Made by a program: the position numbers and the translations under genes | Virus record (IMG/VR): IMGVR_UViG_3300009183_005911 | Location: 4,322-68,321 of that record | DNA length: 64,000 nucleotides | Source: a virus | Direction: 5' to 3' (one strand) | In this document: piece by piece, positions 26,732-36,707 of the stretch | Position numbering within the stretch: the stretch's first letter is position 1 | Layout: every line of letters starts with the position of its first letter | The notes under the pieces: generated by a model | Databases searched by the model: none | Told to the model about the DNA's origin: nothing | What the model saw: only the letters and a program-made list of their open reading frames with translations

Positions 26732-26977
26732 ATGCTTTTTATTTATTACATTATTTGTGTTATCTATTGTTTCTACCAGTTAAACAACAGATATAAAAAA
26801 ACAGGAACTGAATATAATTCTCCTGAAATGGATGCTATTATGGTTGTAGTAATGGCTTGGGTATTAGCTCCAGTCGATGTATCTTTAACCTGGATACGTA
26901 AGTACAAGGAAGCTGAACAAGCTAGAATCAATCAAATGAAGTTTGATATTAGTCTTAAAGAAGATGATATTGATTAA
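26732..26977 (+). CDS. small membrane protein
   Basis: Two hydrophobic segments; lies between tRNA genes. Confidence 0.55.
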   Translation: MLFIYYIICVIYCFYQLNNRYKKTGTEYNSPEMDAIMVVVMAWVLAPVDVSLTWIRKYKEAEQARINQMKFDISLKEDDID

Positions 26978-26980
26978 AAT

Positions 26981-27137
26981 TGTAGGGTGGTGAAAGCGGC
27001 CAGCATGGCATACACACCCTCTCGTCTCGAGGGCGCAGAGAACGAAATAGAAAAGTAGTATGGGGTTGACCACCAGCTTGCAAGCATTGTGCTACTTTTT
27101 AAATCGCTGCGTGGAGGTTCGAATCCTCCCCCTACAG
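26981..27137 (+). ncRNA. tRNA-like RNA with very large variable arm (GTC at anticodon position)
   Basis: Perfect acceptor TGTAGGG/CCCTACA-G; perfect T-arm GGAGG-TTCGAAT-CCTCC; CCCTC-TCGTCTC-GAGGG arm; about 78-nt structured variable region. Confidence 0.65.
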
Positions 27138-27145
27138 CAAAATTA

Positions 27146-27178
27146 AACCAGTCTAAAAGTTGTTAGATTGGTTTTTTT
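27146..27178 (+). terminator. intrinsic terminator after the tRNA cluster (overlaps next promoter 27160-27190)
   Basis: AAACCAGTCTAA...TTAGATTGGTTT plus T-tract. Confidence 0.7.
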
Positions 27179-27208
27179 ATTTTACATTTAAATAATAAAA
27201 CAAATAAT

Positions 27209-27427
27209 ATGGCACAGCAGAATTTAAACATTACAATGGACAAGACTACTCCTATCGTATGTGAAGAATGTCAAAATGAGACATTTAATCAAGTAACCTT
27301 TTTACGTGAAGTAAGTAAGTTTATTGCAGGTACTGACCAAGATGCTTTAGTTCCTATCCCAAGCTTTGCATGTACTAAGTGTGGGCATGTAAACGAAAAG
27401 TTTCAACCTAAAAACTTAGGAGTATAA
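27209..27427 (+). CDS. Zn-ribbon protein
   Basis: CEEC...CTKCGH. Confidence 0.65.
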   Translation: MAQQNLNITMDKTTPIVCEECQNETFNQVTFLREVSKFIAGTDQDALVPIPSFACTKCGHVNEKFQPKNLGV

Positions 27428-27675
27428 TGGAAATAAACGTTAAAGAGTCTAGTAATCTAAACCCTATAGAATTTGAAGATGGTTACGTGACTGATACAGT
27501 AGTTACTTCTATTATTAACCAGTTCGTAAAAAGAGCTCAGTTTGGCAAAGAGAAGTACGGTACTGATTTAGACCGTAAAGACTTAACTACTCTAGATTGG
27601 ATTGAGCATGCTAAACAAGAATTAATGGACGGTATTTTGTATTTAGAAAAACTTAAACAAACCCTAAGTGAGTAA
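27427..27675 (+). CDS. small all-alpha protein, possible nucleotide pyrophosphohydrolase-like
   Basis: GKEKYGT...DWIEHAKQELMDGILYL acidic helix reminiscent of MazG-like NTP-PPases. Confidence 0.45.
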   Translation: MEINVKESSNLNPIEFEDGYVTDTVVTSIINQFVKRAQFGKEKYGTDLDRKDLTTLDWIEHAKQELMDGILYLEKLKQTLSE

Positions 27676-28531
27676 AACCGTTTCGTTTTCTCAGTATCAA
27701 ATTTATAAGAACTGCCCCCACCAATGGTATTTGAATTATGTTAAGAAGCTACAACCTTTTAAACCTAGTATTCATTTAATCTTTGGAACAGCCTTTCATG
27801 AGACTCTACAGAATTATCTTCAAGTAATGTTTGATACATCTGCTACTGAAGCAGATAAGATTCACCTACCTACCTACTTTAAGGCTAGATTGATGGAACT
27901 ATATAAACAAAATATAGGCCAAGGTCATTTCTCTACTCCTCAAGAACTATCAGAGTTTTACGAAGATGCTGTTGCTATTCTAGATTTCTTTAAACGAAAA
28001 AGAAACCTATTCTTTAGTAAAAAGAATACTAAGCTAGTTGGTATAGAGATACCTATCGCAGGACCTATTGTAGAAGGTATAGAGAACGTCAAGATGAAGG
28101 GCTTTATTGATTTAGTACTCTACGATAAGGTCTTAGATAAGTATACGATTTACGATATTAAAACCTCAACAAGAGGATGGTCTGATTATGAGAAGAAAGA
28201 TCAAACCAAAGTAAATCAAATACTACTCTATAAGAAGTTCTTCTCAAGAGAGAGGGGAATTCCTGAAGATAAGGTAGATGTACAGTTCTTTATAGTTCGT
28301 AGAAGAATCAATGAGAATTTAGAGTATGCACCTAAGAGAGTACAAGAATTTGTACCTGCACATGGTACTAAGAAAGTAAATGATGCTTTCGAAGATATTC
28401 AGAATTTTGTTAAGGATGTATTTACTTTAGAGGGAGAGTATCAGGAGAAGAAATACCCGAAAAACGTTGATAAATGTAAGTTCTGTCCTTATATTGATAA
28501 ACCTGATCTTTGTAATAAAAAAAATGATTAG
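27668..28531 (+). CDS. PD-(D/E)XK exonuclease (RecB/Cas4-like)
   Basis: SFSQ...CP, FGTAFHE, GFIDLV, IYDIKTS, QILLY, CKFCPY. Confidence 0.85.
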   Translation: MSKTVSFSQYQIYKNCPHQWYLNYVKKLQPFKPSIHLIFGTAFHETLQNYLQVMFDTSATEADKIHLPTYFKARLMELYKQNIGQGHFSTPQELSEFYEDAVAILDFFKRKRNLFFSKKNTKLVGIEIPIAGPIVEGIENVKMKGFIDLVLYDKVLDKYTIYDIKTSTRGWSDYEKKDQTKVNQILLYKKFFSRERGIPEDKVDVQFFIVRRRINENLEYAPKRVQEFVPAHGTKKVNDAFEDIQNFVKDVFTLEGEYQEKKYPKNVDKCKFCPYIDKPDLCNKKND

Positions 28532-28580
28532 ATATATAGTTCTATATATAGGCCATGCTATTTATTAACAAACAAATATT

Positions 28581-28790
28581 ATGCACATAGGTAAAAAAGG
28601 AGATATTCTTACTACAGTAAGGCTTCAAGACGAACTATTTAATACTTTTAAGTCAGAGGCTGTAAAGAATAAGATTACAATGAGAAATTTATTAGAGAGA
28701 GCAATGTTCCTCTATTTAACAGACGAGTCTTTTAAGAAGACTATTAACAATCAATTAAACGCACGTTATACATCAACAACAAACGAATAG
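28581..28790 (+). CDS. ribbon-helix-helix-like DNA-binding protein
   Basis: LTTVRL.DELFNTFK...ITMRNLLERAM pattern. Confidence 0.55.
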   Translation: MHIGKKGDILTTVRLQDELFNTFKSEAVKNKITMRNLLERAMFLYLTDESFKKTINNQLNARYTSTTNE

Positions 28791-28796
28791 ATAGTT

Positions 28797-30230
28797 ATGC
28801 TAAAAGAAGGTTATATTCTACAAGCAGATAGAAAGAAAATTCTACTACTCTGCGACGATATCAGATTTACATCTGGTATTTCAACAATGGCTAAAGAGAT
28901 TGTCATTGGAACAGCACATCGTTTTAACTGGGTAAACTTAGGAGCTGCAATCAATCACCCTGATCAAGGTAAGAGATTTGATATTTGTCAAGACACAGGC
29001 ACTTTAGCAAATATTCCAGATGCCTCGGTGTTCATTATTCCATCTTCAGGTTATGGATCCCCTGAATTATTACGTCAAGTAATCGATCTAGAGAAACCAG
29101 ATGCAATTATGTTTTTCACTGATCCACGTTATTGGATATGGTTGTTTCAAATGGAGAGTGAGATTAGAAAAAAGATGCCAATGATCTATTTGAATATTTG
29201 GGACGACTTACCTGCACCAATTTATAATAAACCTTACTATGAATCTTGTGATACATTATTAGCTATTTCAAAACAAACTGCTAATATTAATAGACTGGTG
29301 TTAGGCAGTAAAATGAAAGATAGAATAGTAAAGTATGTACCTCATGGAATTAATGAAAATGTATTCTTTCCTCAAACTAAAGATGCTCCTGAAGTAGTAG
29401 AAATGAGAAAGCAGTATTTTGGAGATAATCAACCAGAGTTTGTAATATTATATAACGCTAGAAATATTAGACGTAAATGTACTTCTGATTTAATCCTAGC
29501 TTGGGCTCAATTCTGTGATAAGATTGGAAAAGAGAAAGCTAAAAAATGTACTTTGTTATTACATACACAACCAGTAGATGAAAACGGTACAGATTTAATT
29601 GCTATAACAGATCTATTCTGTGATTCAGAATACCAACGAGTAGTATTTTGTAACAATAGATACTCTCCCTATCAAATGAATACCATGTATAATTGTGCAG
29701 ATGCTGTAGCCTTAGTTTCTTCTAATGAAGGCTGGGGCTTATCTCTAACAGAGGGTATGATGTGCGGTAAGATGATTATAGGAACTGTTACAGGCGGTAT
29801 GCAAGATCAAATGAGATTTGAAAATGAAAAAGGAGACTGGATAGACTTTGATGAAACCTTCTGTAGTAATCACTTTGGTACTTATAAGAAACACGGAGAG
29901 TGGGTAGTACCTGTATTTCCTTCTAATATGTCAATTGTAGGTTCTATTCCAACCCCGTACATATTTGACGATAGAGCTGACTTTAGAGAAATTGCAACAG
30001 CTATAGAAAAAATATACAATCTAACTCCAGAAGAAAGAACTGAGAAAGGTTTAAAAGCTCGTGAATGGGTTACTTCAGACGAATCAATGCAATCGGCTAG
30101 AATGATGGCTAAGAATGTAATTGATGGTGTTGAGGAAACGTTTACTAAGTGGAAGCCAAGAAAGAAATACGAGTTAATTAAAGTTGAAAAATTAGAAAAG
30201 AAAAAAGCATTACATCCTATTGTATATTAA
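28797..30230 (+). CDS. glycosyltransferase, GT-B/GT4-like
   Basis: YVPHGI, NARNIRRK, SSNEGWGLSLTEGM. Confidence 0.88.
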   Translation: MLKEGYILQADRKKILLLCDDIRFTSGISTMAKEIVIGTAHRFNWVNLGAAINHPDQGKRFDICQDTGTLANIPDASVFIIPSSGYGSPELLRQVIDLEKPDAIMFFTDPRYWIWLFQMESEIRKKMPMIYLNIWDDLPAPIYNKPYYESCDTLLAISKQTANINRLVLGSKMKDRIVKYVPHGINENVFFPQTKDAPEVVEMRKQYFGDNQPEFVILYNARNIRRKCTSDLILAWAQFCDKIGKEKAKKCTLLLHTQPVDENGTDLIAITDLFCDSEYQRVVFCNNRYSPYQMNTMYNCADAVALVSSNEGWGLSLTEGMMCGKMIIGTVTGGMQDQMRFENEKGDWIDFDETFCSNHFGTYKKHGEWVVPVFPSNMSIVGSIPTPYIFDDRADFREIATAIEKIYNLTPEERTEKGLKAREWVTSDESMQSARMMAKNVIDGVEETFTKWKPRKKYELIKVEKLEKKKALHPIVY

Positions 30231-30253
30231 AAAATAAAGTTTATATTTAAAGC

Positions 30254-31537
30254 ATGAAACAATACTGCGTTATATCAGCACCTCCAGATACCTATTCAGG
30301 GTACGGTGCAAGATCAAGAGATTTTATCAAAGCTATCTACGAGTTAAAAAAAGACGAGTGGGATATTAAAATAATGCCTCAGAGATGGGGAAATACTTCT
30401 TGGGGTTTTTTAGAAGACTTTAAAGAAGAGTGGGGATGGATGATACCTTTACTAGTAAAAGGCCCTCTAACTAAACAACCAGATATTTGGTTTCAAGTAA
30501 CAATTCCTAATGAATTTCAACATGTAGGTAAAGTTAGTATAGGCGTTACAGCTGGTATTGAAACAACTGTATGTGATTACGGTTGGATTGAAGGTTGTAA
30601 TAGAATGGACTTAACTTTAGTTTCTTCTGTTCATGCTAAGACAGTCTTACAATCTACCTCGTATGCTAAGAATGATGCTCCATCAGTACAACTTAAAATT
30701 GAAAAACCAATAGAGGTTTTATTTGAAGGAGTAGATCTTAACAAATACTTCTACATGCCTGATGAAAAGATACCAGAAACAGACTTAGTATTAGAATTAG
30801 ATGAAATCAAAGAAGAATTTTGCTTCTTATACGTAGGTCACTGGTTACAGGGTGATCATGGAGAGGATAGAAAGAATACAGGTAAGATGATTGAAACGTT
30901 TTTACAGACATTTAAAGGAAAGAAAAAGCAACCTGCTTTAGTGTTAAAGACCTCTCACGCAACGTCTTGTATTATGGATAGAGAGGATACTTTAAAGAAA
31001 ATAGATACTGTTAGAAAGATAGTTGGCGAAGAGGGTTTACCGAACATCTACTTACTACATGGTGATTTAGATGATGAAGATATTAACTCTCTCTATAACC
31101 ATCCTAAAATGAAAGCGATGATATCGTTCACAAAAGGAGAAGGTTATGGTAGACCGTTAGCAGAATTTTGTTTATCTAAAAAACCGGTAATTGCTTCTGC
31201 CTGGTCCGGTCAATTGGATTTCTTAGATAAAGAATTTGCTATACTACTTCCAGGTACCCTAACCCCCGTACACCCTTCTGCTCAATCTGCTAACTTAATT
31301 TTACCTAATTCGAATTGGTTTACTCCGGATTATAATGTTGCATCTAAAGTATTAGAGGATGTATATCAGAACTATAAGAAATATGAAGATAGAGGTAAAC
31401 GTCAAGGACATAAAGTAAAGACTGAATTTAGCTATGATAGTATGGTATTATTCTTGTCTACCTATTTAAGTAAGTATATAAATATACCTAAACAAGTAGA
31501 ATTAAAATTACCTCAGTTAAAGAAAATATCAATATAA
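30254..31537 (+). CDS. glycosyltransferase, GT-B/GT4-like
   Basis: SGYG, DRKN, TKGEGYGRPLAEF. Confidence 0.88.
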   Translation: MKQYCVISAPPDTYSGYGARSRDFIKAIYELKKDEWDIKIMPQRWGNTSWGFLEDFKEEWGWMIPLLVKGPLTKQPDIWFQVTIPNEFQHVGKVSIGVTAGIETTVCDYGWIEGCNRMDLTLVSSVHAKTVLQSTSYAKNDAPSVQLKIEKPIEVLFEGVDLNKYFYMPDEKIPETDLVLELDEIKEEFCFLYVGHWLQGDHGEDRKNTGKMIETFLQTFKGKKKQPALVLKTSHATSCIMDREDTLKKIDTVRKIVGEEGLPNIYLLHGDLDDEDINSLYNHPKMKAMISFTKGEGYGRPLAEFCLSKKPVIASAWSGQLDFLDKEFAILLPGTLTPVHPSAQSANLILPNSNWFTPDYNVASKVLEDVYQNYKKYEDRGKRQGHKVKTEFSYDSMVLFLSTYLSKYINIPKQVELKLPQLKKISI

Positions 31538-31842
31538 TGACTAGCAAAGAATATGTAATCTGGTTAAAAGGATTCACAAAAGGAGTTCACGAATTTAACA
31601 TCACTCCTAAGCAATGGAGTAATCTAAAGGATACATTAAATGAAGTAAGTGATGAACCTGCTAGGACATCAAGTTACGGTTCAATAACTCTTACTTCAGG
31701 ATCTAACGGAACAGCAACAAGTACTAATTCCTTCCCTTCCTTTACAATTACAAGTACTAATCAAGAATTACTATTAGATAGTAAAGTAATTAAAGAAAAA
31801 AGAAGCGTTGAAGAAGATTACGACCTAGGAGGTTCAGAATAA
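31537..31842 (+). CDS. hypothetical protein
   Basis: 101 aa, S/T-rich middle. Confidence 0.55.
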   Translation: MTSKEYVIWLKGFTKGVHEFNITPKQWSNLKDTLNEVSDEPARTSSYGSITLTSGSNGTATSTNSFPSFTITSTNQELLLDSKVIKEKRSVEEDYDLGGSE

Positions 31843-31853
31843 AATAAAATTAT

Positions 31854-32294
31854 ATGAAAGACGAATTAGTAATATGCCCTTTATGCGAATGTGATGGATG
31901 TTATAAAACTCCAATCAATGAAACTAAGTTTAACTACTTCTGTTGGGGATGTGGATTTCAGACAAACGACCTAATGAAAGAAGGTGAGTTTGATTTTGAA
32001 GCTTACGAAGAAACTCTACCTGAACTTTATAAAGATATTAAAGGTAAAGATGATGAAGGTAAAGTATGGTATCCTATTAGTATTAATATACCTGATAAAG
32101 GAACTGTATTTTTAAATGGAACAGATGTAAAAGATGTACGCTGGTCTGCAATAAAAGTCGTATCTTTAACAGAAGAAGAAAAACAAGAACCTAAGTATAA
32201 GAATTTAACTTATAAGTCAGATGCTAAATCTCTAAAAAATTTCGGCGAAGACTTTATAGAAGCTTGTGATTATATTGGATTATTTGAAAATTAA
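31854..32294 (+). CDS. Zn-ribbon hypothetical protein
   Basis: CPLC...CWGCG. Confidence 0.6.
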   Translation: MKDELVICPLCECDGCYKTPINETKFNYFCWGCGFQTNDLMKEGEFDFEAYEETLPELYKDIKGKDDEGKVWYPISINIPDKGTVFLNGTDVKDVRWSAIKVVSLTEEEKQEPKYKNLTYKSDAKSLKNFGEDFIEACDYIGLFEN

Positions 32295-32297
32295 GTT

Positions 32298-32924
32298 ATG
32301 GTATCAATTAGTTATGCAATTACTGCCTGCAATGAGCATGTTGAATTAGAGAAGTTATTAGATATTTTAAATGAGCATATTAATCCTAGAGATGAAATAG
32401 TAGTTCAAATGGATAATAATGTTACTAAGGAAGTAAAAGAAGTAGCTCTAAAGTATAATGTAGGTACAGAATACGATTACCATAGAATATGGTATCCTTT
32501 AAACAACGATTTTGCAGCTTTTAAAAATCACTTATCAAGCATCTGTAGCCGTGATGCTATCTTTCAAATAGATGCAGACGAATATCCTCATCCAGAGTTA
32601 TTAGCAAACCTGCCCTCTATCTTAGAAGCTAACCAAGAGGTAGATGTATTTTTAGTTCCTAGAATTAATACAGTAGAAGGCTTAACTGAAGATCATATTA
32701 AAAAATGGGGCTGGAAAGTAGAGCAGGGTAGAGTTAATTTCCCTGACTATCAATGGCGTATTTGGCGAAATCATAGAGGGGTAAAGTGGGTGAATAAAGT
32801 ACACGAACGTTTAGATGGATTTAAAATGTATACTAATCTACCTCCTATAGAGGAATGTTGTCTTTATCATCCTAAAGACATTGTTAGACAAGAAAAACAG
32901 AACGCCTACTATGACACAATCTAA
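32298..32924 (+). CDS. glycosyltransferase family 2
   Basis: ISYAITACNE, FQIDADE, FPDYQWR, VHE. Confidence 0.85.
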   Translation: MVSISYAITACNEHVELEKLLDILNEHINPRDEIVVQMDNNVTKEVKEVALKYNVGTEYDYHRIWYPLNNDFAAFKNHLSSICSRDAIFQIDADEYPHPELLANLPSILEANQEVDVFLVPRINTVEGLTEDHIKKWGWKVEQGRVNFPDYQWRIWRNHRGVKWVNKVHERLDGFKMYTNLPPIEECCLYHPKDIVRQEKQNAYYDTI

Positions 32925-33918
32925 GATAGCTTTTTTAACTGAGATGGGTTTTAAAGGTAAGATTACTGCTAATTATGAAAATATGCGGACAGAGTTTGCG
33001 TGGATGCATGCTTTAGACGCAGATCATTATAATCTTTACTTTGATATTACCGACGGACGTATAACTGATTACGACCACGTATTTATAGTTTTTCCAAAAG
33101 GTAAAACTTTTTTAAGTGCTGAAGGAAGTAGGTTAGTAGAAGAAGAAAATCCTAATAGCGAGTTACTACGTTTAGATGTAGTAAAGATGTTAAAAGATAG
33201 AGGTAATAAAAAAGTATATTACGTACAGGAAGGACCTCATTGGTGGTGGAATGATTACGAAGTAGTAGATCAAGTTAACTTTTATAATTTCCTATTATCG
33301 GTAGATGCTATTTTTGCACATAATACTGAAGATCAAAAATACTATCTAGGTTTAATACCAGGTAAAGTAGTAACAACCATACCCACACTAATGATTGAAA
33401 ACTCAGTCAAAAATGTAAAATGGCAACCGGAAGATAAGGCTATTATAGGAGGTAACTTTGCTAGATGGTACGGAGGGTTTGAAAGCTTTATAGTAGCACA
33501 AGAGTTTCAAGTTCCTATTTGGGGACAGACCTCTCATGCTTTGAGAGAGAATGAAAATCAATTAATAAAACATTTACCTAGAGTGAGTTGGGTTAATTGG
33601 ATTAAACAATTGAGTACGTTTAAATACGCTATTCATTTAATGCCTACAGTAGCTGCAGGTACATTTGCTTTAAATTGTGCTTACTTAGGAATACCTTGCA
33701 TAGGGAATAATAAAGTCGATACACAGAAGATATGTCATCCAATGCTATCGGTAGATGTAGAAGACGTTAACACTGCTAGACAATTAGCTAGTCAGCTAAG
33801 AAAAGATAAAAGCTTTTATGAAGAGTGTAGTAGAGTGGCAAGAGCAGGATATGAAGTAGCTTACTCTTTAGACGGATGGAAAGATAATATGAAGAGAAAA
33901 TTAGATACATTAATATGA
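32911..33918 (+). CDS. glycosyltransferase-like protein (GT-B)
   Basis: AAGTFALNCAYLGIPCIG C-terminal motif; ATG at 32911 preferred as start. Confidence 0.6.
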   Translation: MTQSKIAFLTEMGFKGKITANYENMRTEFAWMHALDADHYNLYFDITDGRITDYDHVFIVFPKGKTFLSAEGSRLVEEENPNSELLRLDVVKMLKDRGNKKVYYVQEGPHWWWNDYEVVDQVNFYNFLLSVDAIFAHNTEDQKYYLGLIPGKVVTTIPTLMIENSVKNVKWQPEDKAIIGGNFARWYGGFESFIVAQEFQVPIWGQTSHALRENENQLIKHLPRVSWVNWIKQLSTFKYAIHLMPTVAAGTFALNCAYLGIPCIGNNKVDTQKICHPMLSVDVEDVNTARQLASQLRKDKSFYEECSRVARAGYEVAYSLDGWKDNMKRKLDTLI

Positions 33919-34331
33919 AATTAGAAAAGAATTGTAATATAGATCCGACAGCTAGGATTAGTGAATTTACTAATCTATACGGTTGTGAAATTAAAGAAAA
34001 TGTTTTTGTAGGTCCGTTTGTTGAAATACAAAGCAATGTAACTATAGGAGCTCGTTCTAGAGTATCCTCACATTCCTTTATATGCTCAGGAGTAAGTATA
34101 GGCGAGGATTGCTTTATTGCACATGGTGTAATGTTTACAAACGATAAATTTACAGAAGGAAGAGAGAAGTGGTTAGAAAGAGGTACTCAAATAGGAAATA
34201 GAGTAAGAATAGGCTCTAATGCAACTATACTACCCGTTATAATTGGAGATGATGTAATAATAGGAGCAGGAGCAGTAGTAACTAAAAATATACCGTCAGG
34301 TACAACAGTAAAAGGAAATCCGGCAAAATAA
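33915..34331 (+). CDS. hexapeptide-repeat sugar N-acetyltransferase
   Basis: Left-handed beta-helix repeats, MFTND, IGAGAVVTK, GNPAK. Confidence 0.88.
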   Translation: MKLEKNCNIDPTARISEFTNLYGCEIKENVFVGPFVEIQSNVTIGARSRVSSHSFICSGVSIGEDCFIAHGVMFTNDKFTEGREKWLERGTQIGNRVRIGSNATILPVIIGDDVIIGAGAVVTKNIPSGTTVKGNPAK

Positions 34332-34336
34332 AATAT

Positions 34337-34996
34337 ATGAATGATAGCATAGTGAGGGGTAATAATACTTCAGACCATTGGGATAGTAAGCATAGTACGG
34401 ATTATGGAGATGTTGTAAATCCCTATAAAGAGGTTTACGGTAGACTAGGTTACGGGAACTGGGAGGATCTAACTGAAGCAGATCAAGGCTGTGCTATTAG
34501 AATTATTAAAGAAAATTATGAAGCTATTAGACGTAAGTCTTATTTGAATATAGGATGTGCACACGGAACAATGGACTGGTACCTTAAAGAAAGAATTATA
34601 CCGGAATGGGAAGTAACAGCTTTAGACTTTAGTGGATTAGTAATTGAAGCTAATAAAAAGCGTTACGATAAAATAAACTGGGAAGTTAGGGACGTTCTAT
34701 TAAATCCAATAGAAAAAGATTACGGGGTTATAACCTGCCTTCAAACGATAGAGCATTTTGCTGAAGGGGATAACTATAAGTTTTTGGATAATACTCTAGA
34801 ACATTGCGAGTATCTTATTTTAGCTACAGTAGATACTAAGGACGATTGTTTTGGAGAACATATTTCACACTATACCATAGATATATTCGAAGAAAAAGGG
34901 TATGATGTTAAGTGGAAAGCTAAGTTACAGGAAATACAAATGCCCGATGGAATTTATAATTACATTATCTTCTTAATTAAAGGAAAGTTAGACTGA
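34337..34996 (+). CDS. class I SAM-dependent methyltransferase
   Basis: LNIGCAHG, ALDFS, QTIEH. Confidence 0.8.
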   Translation: MNDSIVRGNNTSDHWDSKHSTDYGDVVNPYKEVYGRLGYGNWEDLTEADQGCAIRIIKENYEAIRRKSYLNIGCAHGTMDWYLKERIIPEWEVTALDFSGLVIEANKKRYDKINWEVRDVLLNPIEKDYGVITCLQTIEHFAEGDNYKFLDNTLEHCEYLILATVDTKDDCFGEHISHYTIDIFEEKGYDVKWKAKLQEIQMPDGIYNYIIFLIKGKLD

Positions 34997-35796
34997 TGAT
35001 AAACATCATACATAATACATACGAGAAGAATAAATACCTTAGGGAATCTGTAATATCTAATGTTAAGGCAATAAAAGATACTACATTAGATTTTAACTAC
35101 ATTATCTTCAATGATCATGGAGATAAATCGATATACGAAGATGTGAAGGACTTGGTAGGAGGAAGCGTATCTTATGTTTATTCCGATATAAATTACGGAC
35201 TGAAAGTATGTAGCGGAGGTTGGGTAGGAGCTATTCCTTTTACTAAACCTGGTTTAATTCACAATATAGGCCAAGACGATGTCTATACTTCTCTATTTTA
35301 TCTCTCCTTAGTAGAACGACTTCAAGACCCGGAGATAATGCTAGCATATGCTAATGGCTTTAAAGTTAATACCAATCTAACCTTACAAGGTCAAACCTTA
35401 GGTCCTTTACAAAATTTAGATTATAGTAAGCCTACCGAAATATTTAATAACTGGTTTGGAGTTCAAAACGGTATTATAACTAGAGCAAATAATTTCATTC
35501 CAGCACCGGGAGTAATTTATAAAAGAGAGCTTCACGATTTAATTGGCCTACCTAATATAGAAGCATTTAAAGGTTCAATTGATTTTGAATATTGGGCTAG
35601 AGTCTTATTTACTGGGCATAAAGTCTCTTATGAATATAGACCTTTATGGTTATATAGAATGTCAGAATACAGTTTAGGTTCTAGACCATTAGCAGAAAGA
35701 GAAACACCTAATTGGAATAATTTAATAGTAAAACAATATCAAGAATGGCTAACGCAATCATTACAGGGGGTGCAGGATTTATTGCATCACATTTAG
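34996..35796 (+). CDS. glycosyltransferase family 2
   Basis: FNDHG, GQDDVY, DFEYWAR, YR. Confidence 0.75.
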   Translation: MINIIHNTYEKNKYLRESVISNVKAIKDTTLDFNYIIFNDHGDKSIYEDVKDLVGGSVSYVYSDINYGLKVCSGGWVGAIPFTKPGLIHNIGQDDVYTSLFYLSLVERLQDPEIMLAYANGFKVNTNLTLQGQTLGPLQNLDYSKPTEIFNNWFGVQNGIITRANNFIPAPGVIYKRELHDLIGLPNIEAFKGSIDFEYWARVLFTGHKVSYEYRPLWLYRMSEYSLGSRPLAERETPNWNNLIVKQYQEWLTQSLQGVQDLLHHI

Positions 35797-36707
35797 CTGA
35801 AGCAATAGCTAAAGACTACGATAAAATATTTTTAGTAGATAATTTAGTTAGAACAGGCAATACTAGAAACATAGACCACTTAATACAACGTTCTAAGTAT
35901 GAGTTTCTTAATTTAGATATTTCAAATGTAAGAGATATAGCTAAGTTATCTAATATTAATGAAGAAGAGAGTATTGACGTAGTATACCATTTAGCTGCAA
36001 CACGTATTAATCGTTGTGCTAAAAACCCTTATGAAGGACATAGATTCTTAGCTGATGGAGGTTATTATATGGTTGAATTCTGTGCTGCAAATAAAATTAA
36101 AATGTTCTTTGCATCTACTGCATCTGTTTATAATAACCCGAAAAGATTTCCAATTGAAGAGACTGATGCATGCGAACCGCATACAATATATGGTGCTGCG
36201 AAATATTACACAGAAGGATTAATGAGATCATTTGCTAAGAGTTATGGATTACAGTATTCTATATGTAGATTTTTTTCCGTATACGGAGTTAGAATGGACT
36301 GCGAAGGTGCTTATACTGAAATTATTTTTAATTGGTTGAATAATATTAACAAAGGAAAAAATAAAGTAACAGTTTTTGGTAATCCTGATGAAAAAGTATT
36401 AGATTTAGTATATGTTAAAGATGTTGTAGGAGCTATTCTTAAAGCAACTGAAGAATGGAAAAACGAAGTTTATAATGTATCTACTGAATCAGGAGTTACT
36501 ATTACTGAATTAATTGAGACTATTTCTAAGACCTTAAATATAGAATTAGAAGTAGAGGTTAGAGCAGAAAATAGAACTGATATAGAAAAGAAAAGAGTTG
36601 GTTCAGTTGCTAAATTAAAAGCAATAGGATGGGAGCCTAAATACGATTTAGCAAAAGGAGTAAAAGAAACATATGAGTGGATTAGTAGTTTAAATAGTAT
36701 AAGATGA
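35745..36707 (+). CDS. NAD-dependent epimerase/dehydratase
   Basis: ITGGAGFIAS, HLAA, STASVY, YGAAK, DLVYVKDV. Confidence 0.92.
   Translation: MANAIITGGAGFIASHLAEAIAKDYDKIFLVDNLVRTGNTRNIDHLIQRSKYEFLNLDISNVRDIAKLSNINEEESIDVVYHLAATRINRCAKNPYEGHRFLADGGYYMVEFCAANKIKMFFASTASVYNNPKRFPIEETDACEPHTIYGAAKYYTEGLMRSFAKSYGLQYSICRFFSVYGVRMDCEGAYTEIIFNWLNNINKGKNKVTVFGNPDEKVLDLVYVKDVVGAILKATEEWKNEVYNVSTESGVTITELIETISKTLNIELEVEVRAENRTDIEKKRVGSVAKLKAIGWEPKYDLAKGVKETYEWISSLNSIR

Noticed and set aside
25494-27073. ORFs 25494-25682(-), the 25510 start, 26080-26262(-), 26496-26717(-), 26565-26783(+) and 26885-27073(-)
   Set aside because: They overlap tmRNA, tRNAs or structured RNA and have no protein-like features.
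27668-28531. Cas4 / CRISPR system
   Set aside because: No repeat-spacer array or other cas genes seen; a stand-alone PD-(D/E)XK exonuclease is common in phages.
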